64,000 nt of DNA from Nostoc sp. (GTDB taxonomy: Bacteria > Cyanobacteriota > Cyanobacteriia > Cyanobacteriales > Nostocaceae): positions 2,560 through 66,559 of the forward strand of contig NZ_JBALEJ010000001.1 of assembly GCF_036917975.1 (NCBI RefSeq). The letters run 5' to 3'. The notes below the pieces were generated by a model, which saw nothing but the letters and a program-made list of their open reading frames with translations, did not search any database and had not been told where the DNA came from. A program made the position numbers and the translations under genes. Below are positions 10,011 through 21,034 of the stretch, piece by piece (positions within the stretch are counted from its first letter, which is position 1; each line of letters starts with the position of its first letter).

Positions 10011-11060
10011 CTAATGTCCGTTTTGAATAAAAGACTCCACCTTTGCTACATCCTCTTTGCTACCAATAATTAAAGGCGTGCGCTGATGTAGTTTTTTCGG
10101 CACTACATCCAAGATATCCATTAGTCCGGTGGTAGCACGACCGCCTGCTTGCTCAATCAAAAATGCCAGAGGAGCGGTTTCATAAAGCAAGCGCAACTTT
10201 CCTTCTGGATTTTGAATTGTACCGGGGTAGAGAAATACGCCGCCTTGAACCAAAATTCTATGGATGTCGCTCACCATTGCGCCGCTATAACGAGCGCTGT
10301 AACCTTCTGTACGATGAACGTAGCGGATGTATTCTCGAATCGATTCTTCCCACTGCCAGAAGTTACCTTCGTTGACGCTGTAAACAGAACCGTGCTTAGG
10401 AATACGGATATTTTCTTCTGTGAGAATAAACTCTCCTAAGCTGGGATCAAGGACAAAGGAATGAACGCCTTTACCTATAGTATAAACCAGCATTGTGCAA
10501 GGGCCATACAGGATATATCCAGCAGCGAGCTGCTTACGTCCATTGGTGAGCAGGTCAGTTGCCTTACCATCGCTATCAGTTCCTTCTTGTTGGCGAATGG
10601 CAAAAATGGAACCTAAACTGAGATTATTATCAGTATTGGATGAGCCATCAATTGGATCGTAGAGCAGCGTATAGCGTCCAATGGGGCAATTTTCGGGGAT
10701 GTAATAGGGATTTTCCATTTCCTCAGAAGCCAGGCGACAGACTAAGCCGCTTTGCTTAAACACTGAGATAAATACATCATTGGCATAGACATCCATCTTT
10801 TTGACGGATTCGCCTTGGACATTAACTTCCCCAGTAAATCCGAGAACGCCTTCCATTAAACCAGCACGACTCATACGACGAGCAACCAGTTTGCCAGCCA
10901 GGGCAATGCGATTCATCAGCGCACTTAAATCCTGTGCATCTGGCGAAAAACTCTGAAGTTGCTGGAGGACGTGACGAGATAAGGTTGTACAATCACGATC
11001 TAGAGCTTTGTCTGTAGAGTCGTAAGTAGATAAGTCTAAAGATTCTGGCGTTTTAGCCAT
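10011..11060 (-). CDS. fbp: Fructose-1,6-bisphosphatase class 1
   Basis: DPIDGSSN metal-binding motif and GKLRLLYE. First gene of the fbp-tal-zwf-opcA cluster. Confidence 0.9.
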   Translation of the reverse strand: MAKTPESLDLSTYDSTDKALDRDCTTLSRHVLQQLQSFSPDAQDLSALMNRIALAGKLVARRMSRAGLMEGVLGFTGEVNVQGESVKKMDVYANDVFISVFKQSGLVCRLASEEMENPYYIPENCPIGRYTLLYDPIDGSSNTDNNLSLGSIFAIRQQEGTDSDGKATDLLTNGRKQLAAGYILYGPCTMLVYTIGKGVHSFVLDPSLGEFILTEENIRIPKHGSVYSVNEGNFWQWEESIREYIRYVHRTEGYSARYSGAMVSDIHRILVQGGVFLYPGTIQNPEGKLRLLYETAPLAFLIEQAGGRATTGLMDILDVVPKKLHQRTPLIIGSKEDVAKVESFIQNGH

Positions 11061-11265
11061 TGTTTATGTTCTCCGCAGCCACTAGCTGTTAGTTGGGTGT
11101 TAGTCGTGTGTGGCAACTTATAGTTGCTGCTTCTATCTTAGAAAGGTAATTTGCTAACTTAGATGCGACTTTAGATAAACTAAAGAAATGAATCTTCAGT
11201 GACCCCACGCCCAGAGCAAAGATACGTAGTACAGCACGGCGGAAATAAACAAACTTTTTACAACC

Positions 11266-11501
11266 CCTTCGGGGCGGGAGTAGGGAGTAGGGAATAGGGG
11301 AAGAAATTAGCCCTCGATTTAGGTTTAAAGCCGTACTTCGTCCCGCTGCGTTTTCGCCCGCAAGTGGCGCGAACGCGAACAGCGTCTCGTCAGAGAAAAA
11401 ATCCTTGTATCGCATATTGGTTGAAACCCCGCTTTTCGGAAAAGCCTGCTTAGTTTCCCTACTCCCCACTCCCTACTCCCCACTCCCTACTCCCTACTCC
11501 C
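11266..11501. repeat. Composite element capped by inverted GGGAGTA/CCCTACT heptamer arrays
   Basis: Left end ccttcggggcgggagtagggagtagggaatagggg, right end ccctactccccactccctactcc... The left-end sequence recurs at 20622-20650 and, inverted, at 59934-59983. Confidence 0.8.
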
Positions 11502-11631
11502 TTTCATTCAGCACTCAGCACTGTTTCGGTGATTTACGTGAAGAATGCAGGAGGCACGAGATTTTCGTCCCTTCTCATTTAAAAAAGTGAGAGTGCTAAT
11601 GTGAGTAAGTTATGATATAATTAGAAGCCTT

Positions 11632-11703
11632 GGGCGATTAGCACAGGGGTAGCGCACATCCTTCACACGGATGGGGTCACTGGTTCAAATCCAGTATCGC
11701 CCA
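11632..11703 (+). tRNA. tRNA-Val (anticodon CAC)
   Basis: GGGCGAT TA GCAC AGGGGTA GCGC A CATCC TTCACAC GGATG GGGTC ACTGG TTCAAAT CCAGT ATCGCCC A. There is one A.C mismatch in the D stem. Confidence 0.85.
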
Positions 11704-11801
11704 CTTAAGTAATATCAAGAGTTTCAGCTAATTAACTTTCAAATTGACTAGAAAAATCTCGTTTTTTCTCCCTGCACCTGTGTAGCGAAACTCCTTTAAA
11801 A

Positions 11802-11908
11802 CCTCGTTTCTAGCCTCCGGCGGGAAATGCTGTTCTTGGCGGCAGAGCCGCCAGCAAAAGAGGCAGAGCCTCTAGGACGGCATTCCCAGTCGGAGACTGG
11901 GAACGAGG
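11802..11908. mobile_element. MITE-like hairpin repeat (GGCAGAGCC core)
   Basis: Ends cctcgtttc ... gaacgagg are inverted. The interior is related to the interior of the MITE at 24917-25100. Confidence 0.6.
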
Positions 11909-12230
11909 CAACCTACCATTATTTACTAGAGTGAATGTATAAACGAGAGCTTTTCGGTAATAATATTGGGATGCTGTAGCTAAAAATGGAGCTTGTTTAT
12001 TTAAATCAACTGTGGTAAATTCATTTAGACTTAAACTACTGTAAATCGGTCGAGTTGCAGTAGTTAATTTGAGAGTATAACTACTCTAGTTAAGAAATTT
12101 GTTGTCGCTAGGTAGTTTAAAAGCTGACATCAGGTAATTAGTAACGTATTTACGGTTATTGTCAAAATTTTATTTGTAGCATTGTCTACTGGACATGATT
12201 TAACAATACGTATTTGCAGCGATAAAAACT

Positions 12231-12260
12231 GCGTAGGCGCAGCCCGTCGTAGACATCGCC
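12231..12260. repeat. 30-bp dispersed repeat GCGTAGGCGCAGCCCGTCGTAGACATCGCC
   Basis: Near-identical copy at 21013-21042. Confidence 0.8.
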
Positions 12261-12395
12261 ACTGAGCAATAACCATAAGTCCTTTATTGTCTCGCTAGTT
12301 TTATGGTGAAGCATCTATAAACAAACCTTGACGCTTTCACCAGCAACGAGGCAGTACCCTGCATCTAGCCAATCCATACGTAGGAGTTGAAAATT

Positions 12396-13175
12396 ATGGT
12401 GCAAACTTCTCTCGTCCGCCCCAGTAATCCCTTCCAACCACCGACCTTCGTTTCTATTGAATCGGAGCGTCGTCATCGCCAAGAACGTTTGGCAGCAGCT
12501 TTTCGGGTATTTGCGCGTTTGGGTTTTGCTCAAGGATTGGCAGGACATATTACTGCTCGCGATCCTGAACTTACCGATCACTTTTGGGTAAATCCCTTTG
12601 GGATACATTTTAGTCGCATTCGCGTATCAGACTTAATACTAGTAAATAGTGATGGTCAAGTAGTCCAAGGTGAAGGCAAAGTTAGTCAAGCAGCATTTGC
12701 CATTCACTCTCAAATCCACGAAGCCCGCCCCGACGTTATTGCTGCGGCTCATGCCCATTCCTTCTATGGCAAAACTTGGTCATCTTTGGGTCGGTTGCTC
12801 GACCCGATTACCCAAGATTCCTGCGCTTTTTATCAAGATCATGCTCTATTTGATGACTTTACAGGCATTGTCTTGGAAACAAGTGAAGGAAAACGCATTG
12901 CTCAAGCACTAGGCAAGAATAAAGCTGCGATTTTACGCAACCACGGCATATTGACCGTGGGACACAGTGTAGATGAAGCCGCTTGGTGGTACATCAGGTT
13001 AGAGGATACTGCTAAGGCACAGTTGCTAGCAGAAGCCGTAGGAAAACCTATCCTGATTGACCATGACATCGCCTTAAATATCCAACAACGTGGCGGTACT
13101 CACCAAGCAGGCTGGGGTGGATTCCAGTATTTGTGGGATGAAATTACCCAGGATCAGCCAGACTTGTTTGATTAG
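12396..13175 (+). CDS. Class II aldolase/adducin-family protein
   Basis: FRVFARLGFAQGLAGHITARDP and HAHS histidine motifs. ATG at 12396 follows an AGGAG Shine-Dalgarno sequence. Confidence 0.8.
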   Translation: MVQTSLVRPSNPFQPPTFVSIESERRHRQERLAAAFRVFARLGFAQGLAGHITARDPELTDHFWVNPFGIHFSRIRVSDLILVNSDGQVVQGEGKVSQAAFAIHSQIHEARPDVIAAAHAHSFYGKTWSSLGRLLDPITQDSCAFYQDHALFDDFTGIVLETSEGKRIAQALGKNKAAILRNHGILTVGHSVDEAAWWYIRLEDTAKAQLLAEAVGKPILIDHDIALNIQQRGGTHQAGWGGFQYLWDEITQDQPDLFD

Positions 13176-13178
13176 GTA

Positions 13179-13204
13179 TTGGGGACTGGGGACTGGGGAC
13201 TAGG
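13179..13204. repeat. STRR array (ACTGGGG) x3
   Basis: ttggggactggggactggggactagg between the aldolase-like and LLM genes. Confidence 0.9.
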
Positions 13205-13244
13205 AATAACCAAGTCCCCAATAACATTTTTAGGAGAATTAATT

Positions 13245-14348
13245 ATGCCAGTTGAATTTATTGGATTGATTCGGACAAAGCCAGCTTCGGAATTAAATAG
13301 TACACCAGGTAGTTTGGGCGATGACATCATTGATCCAGCTTATGTTCGTGAATTTGCGAAAGCCCATGAAGAAGGAGGCTTTGATAAAGTACTGATTGGC
13401 TATAGTTCTAGTAGCCCTGATGGTTTGACTGTTGCTAGTTTCGCAGCTTCGGCAACCGAGCGATTGGGCTTTTTGATTGCTCATCGTCCGGGTTTTGTAG
13501 CACCAACTCTGGCAGCTCGCAAGGCAGCTACCCTTGACCATTTTACCAATGGTCGAATCGCAATACATATTATTACTGGTGGCAGTGATGCTGACCAGCA
13601 AAAAGATGGTGACTGGCTAGATCATGATAGCCGCTACCGCCGCACTGATGAATATTTAGAAATTGTTCGTCGCATCTGGACAAGCGACACTCCTTTTGAT
13701 TATGAAGGTGAATTTTATCGCATTAAAGATGCTTTCTCGGCGATCAAACCACTGCAACAGCCCCATATCCCTCTTTACTTTGGTGGTGCATCTGGGCCAG
13801 CCGTACAGGTAGGAGCCAAACACAGTAATGTCTACGCCTTGTGGGGTGAGCCAATTGCCGCAGTTAAAGAACGAATCGCAGAGGTTCGTGCTGCCTTACC
13901 ACCTGGTCGTTCGATTCGCTTTAGCGTCTCCCTGCGACCGATTCTTGGTGCTACAGAACAAGAGGCTTGGGAGAAGGCACATAAAATTTTAGCGCGAATT
14001 CAAGAGTTGCGCGGAGGGGCGAAAGTAGCTGCCCCAGCTAGACCCCAGGCGGTAGGGTCACAACGCCTACTGGATTTTGCAGCCAAAAATGAGGTTTACG
14101 ATAAGCGTCTCTGGACACCGATCGCAGCGGCTACTGGTGCAGCAGGTAACACTACAGCCCTAGTAGGTACACCAGAACAAGTAGCAGAGGCTTTGGTTGA
14201 TTATTACGATGCAGGTGTGACTACCTTGTTGATTCGCGGCTTTGATCCCCTAGAGGATGCGATCGCTTATGGGCGTGATGTCATTCCTTTAGTACGTGCA
14301 GAAGTCGCACGGCGAGAACGGCAAACAGCTGGAGTTGGGAGTAGATAA
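13245..14348 (+). CDS. LLM-class (luciferase-like) flavin-dependent monooxygenase/oxidoreductase
   Basis: SsuD/LLM-like sequence (RIAIHIITGG, YFGGASGPA). ATG at 13245 follows TAGGAG; the upstream codons of the ORF track are STRR-encoded. Confidence 0.8.
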   Translation: MPVEFIGLIRTKPASELNSTPGSLGDDIIDPAYVREFAKAHEEGGFDKVLIGYSSSSPDGLTVASFAASATERLGFLIAHRPGFVAPTLAARKAATLDHFTNGRIAIHIITGGSDADQQKDGDWLDHDSRYRRTDEYLEIVRRIWTSDTPFDYEGEFYRIKDAFSAIKPLQQPHIPLYFGGASGPAVQVGAKHSNVYALWGEPIAAVKERIAEVRAALPPGRSIRFSVSLRPILGATEQEAWEKAHKILARIQELRGGAKVAAPARPQAVGSQRLLDFAAKNEVYDKRLWTPIAAATGAAGNTTALVGTPEQVAEALVDYYDAGVTTLLIRGFDPLEDAIAYGRDVIPLVRAEVARRERQTAGVGSR

Positions 14349-14407
14349 GGTTCAATTAATGTGATTTCTAACGAACTTTTCCTAATTTTGAACTAAAGTT
14401 CAATTCT

Positions 14408-14438
14408 GTCCCTCTCTGATTCAGAGAGGGACTGTTTT
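14408..14438 (+). terminator. Rho-independent terminator candidate
   Basis: gtccctctctga t tcagagagggac followed by tgtttt, 60 nt after the LLM stop codon. Confidence 0.6.
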
Positions 14439-14537
14439 ACTTAGTAAAATCTCTTATGAATAAGAATTAGATAACATACAATTTATACATCTGATTTATC
14501 TCACCCTCAATCCCTCTCCTTATAAAGGCTACCGTTT

Positions 14538-14720
14538 CAGAAGGCAGAAGGCAGAAGGGAACCCACGTTTAAAAACGTGGGATTGAAGTAAGGACGCCTT
14601 GTGTCTCGTGCTACGCATCTCGACACAAATCTTTTTATACTAGTGGGCTTTAGACCCACAACTAAAGTTTTTATTAGTACTTCTTTCCTTCTGCCTTCTG
14701 CCCTCTGCCCTCTGCCTTTC
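14538..14720. repeat. Composite element capped by inverted GAAGGCA/TGCCTTC heptamer arrays
   Basis: Left end cagaaggcagaaggcagaaggg, right end ccttctgccttctgccctctgccctctgcctttc, internal hairpin acccacgtttaaaaacgtggg. Same architecture at 61835-62021. Confidence 0.85.
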
Positions 14721-14925
14721 TTTGTAAGTAAGTCGGTGCTAATATTTCCAGCTATGTTAAGGAATTTTAATGTAGGGTGTGTTATCACCAAGCGCCGCAC
14801 CGTCAACAATCCCAGGTGCGTTAGCCTACGGTATAACACACCCTACAGCTAATTTATATTTCTTCATATACATTGAATTTTTCTCACCGACTTACTTACA
14901 CACAATTCCTTAATGGTCTTTTGAT

Positions 14926-16668
14926 TCAGTTCAATTTAAATTCATCAAACTTCAATACTTCTGAATCAGGTTTGCGAGTATCAAAACGATAACTACTTAT
15001 CGTACCTGTCCCCGTATCAAAGATACTGAAAACCGTAATATCATTACTTGCAATATAAGGCATCGGCTTTCCATCTTCGCCTAACAAAGGGGCAATTGTT
15101 GGCACTATCGGTTCTAATCCATTGGGATCGCCAACCTTGACATAATCCTCTTGATATCCAATTGGTACTTCTCGTTTTCTGTCACCCCAGGCAGCGCCGT
15201 AAGTATTACCCACATTAGATGTTTCTAGAAAGTGCATTCCACTTTGACTAACAAAGCGATTCCACAAATGGGAATGCCCATAAAATACTAATTGCACATT
15301 AGCGGCTTCAAGTATTGGGACAATATCACGAATAATATAATCTGCGTCTTTGGGATATTCGTAACGGACTGCTTTGATATTATTACCATCCCGTTCAATT
15401 ATTTGTACTGGTTCTGTATAAGCAGGAACTATATTATCGCCTAATGTGTGGGGTGGATGATGGAACATCACAACTTTGTATTTTGCTTGTTTAAACTCCG
15501 CGCTCTTAATTTCTGTCTCCAGCCAATTGTACTGTTTGCTGCCTTTAGCAACTGGCTCATAAATTAGTTGTCCATAGCCCCAATTTTCAGGATTATTTAA
15601 GTCCTTTTCAGCTTCTTGATATCTACCCCTACGCTTTCCATCTAAGTTGGGAGTCCGCCACATATTCGTAATGTAGAGTACCACTAAACGTACATCACCA
15701 AAGCTGACTGCATAATACTTTTTTCCACCCTCTTTACTTTTTGGTAAAGAGAAAATCTCTTCGTAGGTATTAGTATTAAAAGAATTATCTATTAAAGATT
15801 TATCCTGGTAGATTTTTTGAGCAACAACACGGGGAATTGTATCATCAAATTCACCATCTAAACTTCCTGTCCTGGCAAAGCGCCCCATCACTTCATGATT
15901 GCCAATGCAAGTAAACATGGGTGCGTGTTGAATTATTTGTCCACCAACATAGGTTGTCTTAACACCATTGTGAGTCATGTCATAAGTAGCACGACCTTGT
16001 AAACCGGGAAATAATGCACCACCACTACTATCATCAAACCATTCTGAGGCGCGATCGCTGACATTAACCAAATCACCAGCAAACCACACCCCATCAACTC
16101 TGCCAACTGTTTCTACCACCTTTTGCAGATTTGCAGAGGTCATGGGCTTTAATTGATGATCTGAAGTGAGTAAAATTTTGAGTGGCGTATCGGGTTTGGG
16201 TGTAGCTGTAAGGGTAAAAACATCACTGTTAACACTCTCGCCATCTTCTCGCACACTTGTAACGCGATAGTTTACCCGTAAACCAGGAGTTAACCCAGTT
16301 ACCTCAGCTTCATGTCGCCAAATGTCACGCTGAACGGGTTTTTGATCAATTTGGCCGTCTTTGGTTTGGTTGGCAACTCTTGACTTTTGGTCTTCGCGCG
16401 TGCGACTGAGTTTGGTAATATTTGCCTTAGCAGTTTGTTTGAGATTTTCTCCATAGAAGACTGTGTGATTAACACCAGCAAACTCAGTAAACCAGACTAC
16501 TCGCACTGAGTTTTCAGTTGGCAGTTGCAAAAATGGATCGGTGAGCAGTTGGGGTGCTGATGTCATAATTGTTTGCCCAAATGAACGCACACTTATCAGA
16601 GTAAAGCATATAACAAGCACAAGCATAACCACTGAGGATATTTTACGGCTGCTTTTGCGTCTGAGCAT
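14926..16668 (-). CDS. Secreted metallophosphoesterase (purple-acid-phosphatase-like)
   Basis: N-terminal signal/anchor, plus GDLV, GNHE and GHSH calcineurin-like metallophosphoesterase motifs. Confidence 0.8.
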   Translation of the reverse strand: MLRRKSSRKISSVVMLVLVICFTLISVRSFGQTIMTSAPQLLTDPFLQLPTENSVRVVWFTEFAGVNHTVFYGENLKQTAKANITKLSRTREDQKSRVANQTKDGQIDQKPVQRDIWRHEAEVTGLTPGLRVNYRVTSVREDGESVNSDVFTLTATPKPDTPLKILLTSDHQLKPMTSANLQKVVETVGRVDGVWFAGDLVNVSDRASEWFDDSSGGALFPGLQGRATYDMTHNGVKTTYVGGQIIQHAPMFTCIGNHEVMGRFARTGSLDGEFDDTIPRVVAQKIYQDKSLIDNSFNTNTYEEIFSLPKSKEGGKKYYAVSFGDVRLVVLYITNMWRTPNLDGKRRGRYQEAEKDLNNPENWGYGQLIYEPVAKGSKQYNWLETEIKSAEFKQAKYKVVMFHHPPHTLGDNIVPAYTEPVQIIERDGNNIKAVRYEYPKDADYIIRDIVPILEAANVQLVFYGHSHLWNRFVSQSGMHFLETSNVGNTYGAAWGDRKREVPIGYQEDYVKVGDPNGLEPIVPTIAPLLGEDGKPMPYIASNDITVFSIFDTGTGTISSYRFDTRKPDSEVLKFDEFKLN

Positions 16669-16787
16669 GAGTAACGTACCAAATTTTGTCGGGTGTTAAC
16701 TTACTGAACACAGTTTTATTATTAGCTTTAATGTCACACGAATTGTAAAACCTCCTGCCTCCTTCAATTTTTTGGTAGTCTTTAAGG

Positions 16788-16910
16788 CAATACGCTTGGG
16801 TTAAGGGTTATTGGTCTTTGAAGACGCGATAAATCGCGTCTCTACATCAGGGTTTTGGGCTTATCTAAGGGAACTCCAAGAAATAAATTATCCAATATTG
16901 TGGGGTGGGC
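16788..16910. mobile_element. MITE-like element, same family as 5022-5126
   Basis: caatacgcttggg ... agacgcgataaatcgcgtctctaca ... ccaatattg. The right boundary is approximate. Confidence 0.55.
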
Positions 16911-17092
16911 AACATGAGCGCCCAGTCTATAAGGGCGGGCAAGATGCCCACCCCACAAGAGTTAATTGAATATTTTTTTATTTGGAAGTCCTTAAGCATA
17001 AAGTCATAGTAACAACTGCTACTATGACTTCTGCTGTGTTTAATTTATGCGCTTGCTGTTGAGTATTTCTGAGCCTTGATTTAAATTCCCAA

Positions 17093-17611
17093 CTAAACCT
17101 TTGCTTCCAAAGATTTGAGTAACTCGGTATTGACGCCGGACTCACGAGTTAGGGCAATTTTGCCGGTGCGGGCGATTTCTTTCAAACCAAATTTTTGCAA
17201 CACTTGCACGATCGCTACCATTTTACCTGGATCTCCCACAACTTCTAAGGTGAGAGAATCTTCTGCCACATCCACGACTCGCGCCCGGAAAATTTGAGAC
17301 AGTTCGATTACTTCTGAGCGATTGCTGGTACTAGCATTCACCTTCAAAAGCATCAATTCCCGCTCAACACAAGGAGTTTCGGTAATATCCTGGACTTTCA
17401 AGACATTGACTAATTTGTACAGTTGCTTGGTGAGTTGCTCGATAATGCGATCGTCACCAGGGATAACCATTGTAATTCGAGAGACTCCTCCTTGTTCAGC
17501 AGGGCCAACAGCAAGGCTTTCAATATTAAAGCCGCGACGCGCAAATAAACCAGAAATGCGGGAAAGAACACCCGCCTCATCTTCTACGAGAACTGAAAGG
17601 GTATGTTTCAT
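17093..17611 (-). CDS. ilvN: Acetolactate synthase small (regulatory) subunit
   Basis: [39 protein letters not shown]-domain N-terminus. Confidence 0.9.
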   Translation of the reverse strand: MKHTLSVLVEDEAGVLSRISGLFARRGFNIESLAVGPAEQGGVSRITMVIPGDDRIIEQLTKQLYKLVNVLKVQDITETPCVERELMLLKVNASTSNRSEVIELSQIFRARVVDVAEDSLTLEVVGDPGKMVAIVQVLQKFGLKEIARTGKIALTRESGVNTELLKSLEAKV

Positions 17612-17882
17612 CTTCGCCAACAGAGGCTAGAGCAGGAATTGAGTAATGCAGACACTAGCAAAAGGCAATGCTAGACCTACTACCGCGCTAAAAATTTAGT
17701 GCGACCTCCTATTGTAAACTTAAGAGATGCACTCATTGCATTCTCAATCGAGAAATTGTCTAGAAATCATACTGCAAGCCAAAATTTCATTGAATGTATA
17801 TCTTTTCATTGGCAGATGTGGCATTCTTGTAAGGCTTTTATACTCAGGGTTGATAAGCCTCTAACTAAGGAGAAAAGTTTTT

Positions 17883-18248
17883 ATGGGTTGGTTACAAAGA
17901 TTGTTTGGATTGGAAAAACCTGAAAATGCAGAAGTAAACCCGGCTCCACAGACTGTAGTGCAAGCTCCTAGTAGTGATGTTGCTACTGCTACGCAATCGA
18001 TACCCCCAGAACGTCTAGGATTAAGCGGAGAATATGACCAAAGTGGTTTAGCAAAACGGGTAGCGTTGGCATTTGATGAAGACGATCAACTTGACGATGT
18101 TAATACCCTTTGGGTGGCTCAGACTGGTAGCACTGTAGTGTTGAAAGGTAAAGTCCCCAGTCAGGAAATTCTCAATAAAGTAATTTCCGTGGCACGTTCA
18201 GTGAATGGCACTACAGATGTTGACTCTAGTCAAACGACAATTGAGTAG
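17883..18248 (+). CDS. BON-domain-like small protein
   Basis: The C-terminal WVAQTGSTVVLKGKVPSQEILNKVISVARSVNGTTDVD fits the BON pattern. Confidence 0.55.
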   Translation: MGWLQRLFGLEKPENAEVNPAPQTVVQAPSSDVATATQSIPPERLGLSGEYDQSGLAKRVALAFDEDDQLDDVNTLWVAQTGSTVVLKGKVPSQEILNKVISVARSVNGTTDVDSSQTTIE

Positions 18249-18292
18249 GTACTGCCGATGCGATCGCACCCATTGCAGCATAACCATAACAT

Positions 18293-19246
18293 TTAGGGAA
18301 TAACCAACGGTTGGCGACGCCTGGGTTGGGCTTCGCCTACGCCAATCCATTTCTCAATCCAATCTAAAATCGCTTGGTTAACTAGTTCTGGACATTCATC
18401 ATGGGGACAATGCCCGACATCCTCCAGATTCAGCACTTCCAATTTTTTGTTGTATTGGGCGAATTGGGTAGCTAGGGCTGGTGGAACAAATCGGTCTTTT
18501 TGTCCCCAAATTAAAAGCATGGGAATTGTTAAGGTTGGTAATACTGTCTTGACACTAGGACTAAAATTAATTCCAATCGCAGCTTTGAACAAAGCACTAA
18601 ACGCCCTCGCAGAACCCCGGTCTTGGGGAGGCTCTGCTAAAATTTCAATGAGTTCATCAGTAATCGCCTCTGGATTAGCGTAGGCGATACTAGCCCAGCG
18701 ACGCAGCACCCCAGGACGGCGCACGAAGTTAAATACAGGTTTAAGTATCAACGGTGAAGCAACAACATTTTTAATTGCTGTGACGAGTGGGCGCAGCACA
18801 GGAGGAATTGCTTCTTGTTCTAATGAAGGGTCGGGTAAACTCATCATCACCATACCCAGCACCATATCGGGGTGGGCGGCGGCGGCGGCCATCGAAATTA
18901 GTGAACCGTTGGAATTACCTATTAATATCGCTGGTTGACGGATAAATGTTTTCCAAAAATCGTAAACTTGCTCAACCCAGAATTCGATGCTGTAATTAGC
19001 TGCGGCTTTTTCAGAAGCGCCAAAACCCAACATATCAATGGCATAAACTGTATGATGTTCACCCAAAACCTCTAAATTATGTCGCCAATGACCAATGGAA
19101 GCGCCAAAGCCATGTAACAGAATTAGGGGTGTTGTATTGTGGTGATTTTGGCTAGGACGAATGTAAGTGTAGCGGGTTTGCCAGCCGCGCCAAATCCAAT
19201 CCCTTTGATTACCAACTCGTTCCTGCCAGTGTACCGTAGTGGTCAC
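18293..19246 (-). CDS. Alpha/beta-fold hydrolase
   Basis: HGFGAS oxyanion motif and GNSNG nucleophile elbow. GTG start preceded by GGAGGT. Confidence 0.85.
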   Translation of the reverse strand: MTTTVHWQERVGNQRDWIWRGWQTRYTYIRPSQNHHNTTPLILLHGFGASIGHWRHNLEVLGEHHTVYAIDMLGFGASEKAAANYSIEFWVEQVYDFWKTFIRQPAILIGNSNGSLISMAAAAAHPDMVLGMVMMSLPDPSLEQEAIPPVLRPLVTAIKNVVASPLILKPVFNFVRRPGVLRRWASIAYANPEAITDELIEILAEPPQDRGSARAFSALFKAAIGINFSPSVKTVLPTLTIPMLLIWGQKDRFVPPALATQFAQYNKKLEVLNLEDVGHCPHDECPELVNQAILDWIEKWIGVGEAQPRRRQPLVIP

Positions 19247-19288
19247 ACTTACCTCCGATTTATTAGCGCTGAAATTCTATTATAAGAA

Positions 19289-19356
19289 TTGGGGATTGGG
19301 GATTGGGTATTGGGTATTCCTAGTCCCCAGTCCCCAGTCCCCAGTCCCCAGTCCCC
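19289..19356. repeat. Adjacent STRR arrays (GGGGATT/GGGTATT, then CCCCAGT x4-5)
   Basis: Read directly; they fill the gap between two minus-strand genes. Confidence 0.9.
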
Positions 19357-19359
19357 TAC

Positions 19360-20382
19360 TTACCTAACAAATTGCGGCATAATTTCGGCGGCGGTGAATA
19401 TTCCATAGATGCCGCGTTGGTGCAATTGTCTACCAGCTTTGAGATAGCCGAAGGCAGGCCCACAGACATTTGCTGCCATGCTGGTTTCATCTCCCAGAGT
19501 AAAGGTATGGGTGGAAATCTTGCCTTCAAAGGTACGTCCTGTTACCTTCACATTAGTGCTGAGGGGCTTTTTGGGATTGCGGGTATCGACGACACCACCA
19601 ACTGTAACGCGATCGCGTCCCACTATCCCCGCTACTTCTAGCATCACATCATCAGCGTGTTCCATATTTGTCAAGGTAAGCACGCCATTAGTTTTATCTA
19701 ATAGTGCTTCTACTTCGGCGTCAGTCATCGCCCTCGCAGTTTCCACTGTGTAACCAGGCATGTGTCCGATATCTTCCCGAACAGTGGCGCGGTAAGCTTC
19801 CCAGTTTGCAATTCCTACCCCAAAGGTAATTTCAACTTGATGAATTTCGGCATAGCTTTGAGCGGCTAAAGCTGCTGCTGCTGTTAATAGTCCAGGTGTA
19901 GCACCACATCCTGTCATGTAGGTAATCCCGGCGGCTTGTAGTTCCTCTTTCATCGCGAGGAGTTGTTCTACAGCAGTGGTGCGTTTAATCGCATCTACTA
20001 GTACCCCACGCCAACCAGATTTGATAAATTCCTTGGCGACATTGGGAATAAAGTCATTAGGTAGGTTGGGTAAAGCCAAAAAATACCCATCTACAGGTTG
20101 AGCTATTTCGATTAAATCCTGAATACTTTGATTTGTTAATGTACCAATTGGCTCTAAATAACCCACCGAACCTTGGGCTTGATAGGTTGCAATGGATGCT
20201 TCAGTATTTAAACCTTCAGCTGCATAAGCGTAACCTTTTTGATCTGCTGCTGCGACTAAAATCATTTCTCGTTTGCCAGCAAGTACCTTGGCGGCCGCTT
20301 GTCCGAGTCCGCCGAAGCCCAGTACTCCCACACGTATCGCTGACGAAATATTTAGAGAATTTTTGATTTTTTCAGAATTCAT
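19360..20382 (-). CDS. NAD(P)-binding oxidoreductase (saccharopine-dehydrogenase-like family, tentative)
   Basis: [19 protein letters not shown] Rossmann motif. Start placed at MNSEKIK. The family assignment is from memory only. Confidence 0.5.
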   Translation of the reverse strand: MNSEKIKNSLNISSAIRVGVLGFGGLGQAAAKVLAGKREMILVAAADQKGYAYAAEGLNTEASIATYQAQGSVGYLEPIGTLTNQSIQDLIEIAQPVDGYFLALPNLPNDFIPNVAKEFIKSGWRGVLVDAIKRTTAVEQLLAMKEELQAAGITYMTGCGATPGLLTAAAALAAQSYAEIHQVEITFGVGIANWEAYRATVREDIGHMPGYTVETARAMTDAEVEALLDKTNGVLTLTNMEHADDVMLEVAGIVGRDRVTVGGVVDTRNPKKPLSTNVKVTGRTFEGKISTHTFTLGDETSMAANVCGPAFGYLKAGRQLHQRGIYGIFTAAEIMPQFVR

Positions 20383-20668
20383 AGTCAATTCGTTAAGTTG
20401 AATCAAAAGCCTTGAGTAATCGGCATCTCAGCTTCCGGCTTGTAACTGGTGGCTGATGGCTGATAAATCAAAGCTATAGAGATTAATTATGATTCATTAT
20501 CCTGGGTTCTTTGACCTGATATTGCAGATATTTATCTGTTAGCGATCGCTTTTAGCCCAACCCACACATCACCTTAAGGTTTATTTTATCGGTGTTGCAA
20601 GAGTACATCTTACTACTCCTTCGGGGCGGGAGTAGGGAGTAGGGGAAGAAATTAGCCCCGATTCTCAG

Positions 20669-20822
20669 GTGCAATTCGCGCAAATCAGTATTGGATTGTC
20701 ATTGAGCGCAACCAATTTCGTTGTAGTCTAACTGGATTGAGCGCACTGGAAAAATATTCATCTTGGCTGGAGAAGATATAGAAATTCTGATTAGTCGTGA
20801 TGGCAACTGGGAATATCCATGA
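20669..20822 (+). pseudogene. Possible frameshifted DUF6888-like small gene, partner of the next ORF
   Basis: Frame C (GTG 20669 to TAA 20729-20731) and frame B (20727-20822) join if T20729 is skipped, giving ...ERTGKIFILAGEDIEILISRDGNWEYP. The stop overlaps the next ATG as ATGA. Confidence 0.3.
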
Positions 20823-21034
20823 GTAAACCAAACTTTGATGCTATGAGCAAGGCAGAATTACGCGCCTACGTCATTGCACACCAAGACGATCAAGAGGCTT
20901 TTTACGCACTTGCGGATCGTTTGACGGCAAAACCTCCCTCTGCAACTTATCCCGCTTCAATGACTCCAGAGGAAATCCACAAGGCAGTATTAGACATTAT
21001 TCAACAGAAACAGCGTAGGCACAGCTCGTCGTAG
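20819..21034 (+). CDS. Small conserved cyanobacterial protein (DUF6887-like; name from memory)
   Basis: MSKPNFDAMSKAELRAYVIAHQDDQEAFYAL. The last 6-7 codons lie inside the 30-bp dispersed repeat. Confidence 0.6.
   Translation: MSKPNFDAMSKAELRAYVIAHQDDQEAFYALADRLTAKPPSATYPASMTPEEIHKAVLDIIQQKQRRHSSS

Noticed and set aside
11089-11469. ORFs lying inside repeat mosaics: 11089-11469, 11405-11590, 14537-14852, 22684-22920, 24858-25073, 31683-32182, 43291-43824, 59862-60050 and 61926-62225.
   Set aside because: Each is spanned by dispersed repeats, MITEs or heptamer arrays that recur elsewhere in noncoding contexts. I recognise no protein-family features in any of them.
11632-12386. tRNA-Val (and tRNA-Pro at 2685-2758) as integration sites of a genomic island.
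   Set aside because: I could not find a direct repeat of either tRNA 3' end downstream, and no integrase gene is present. The adjacent AT-rich DNA contains only dispersed repeats.
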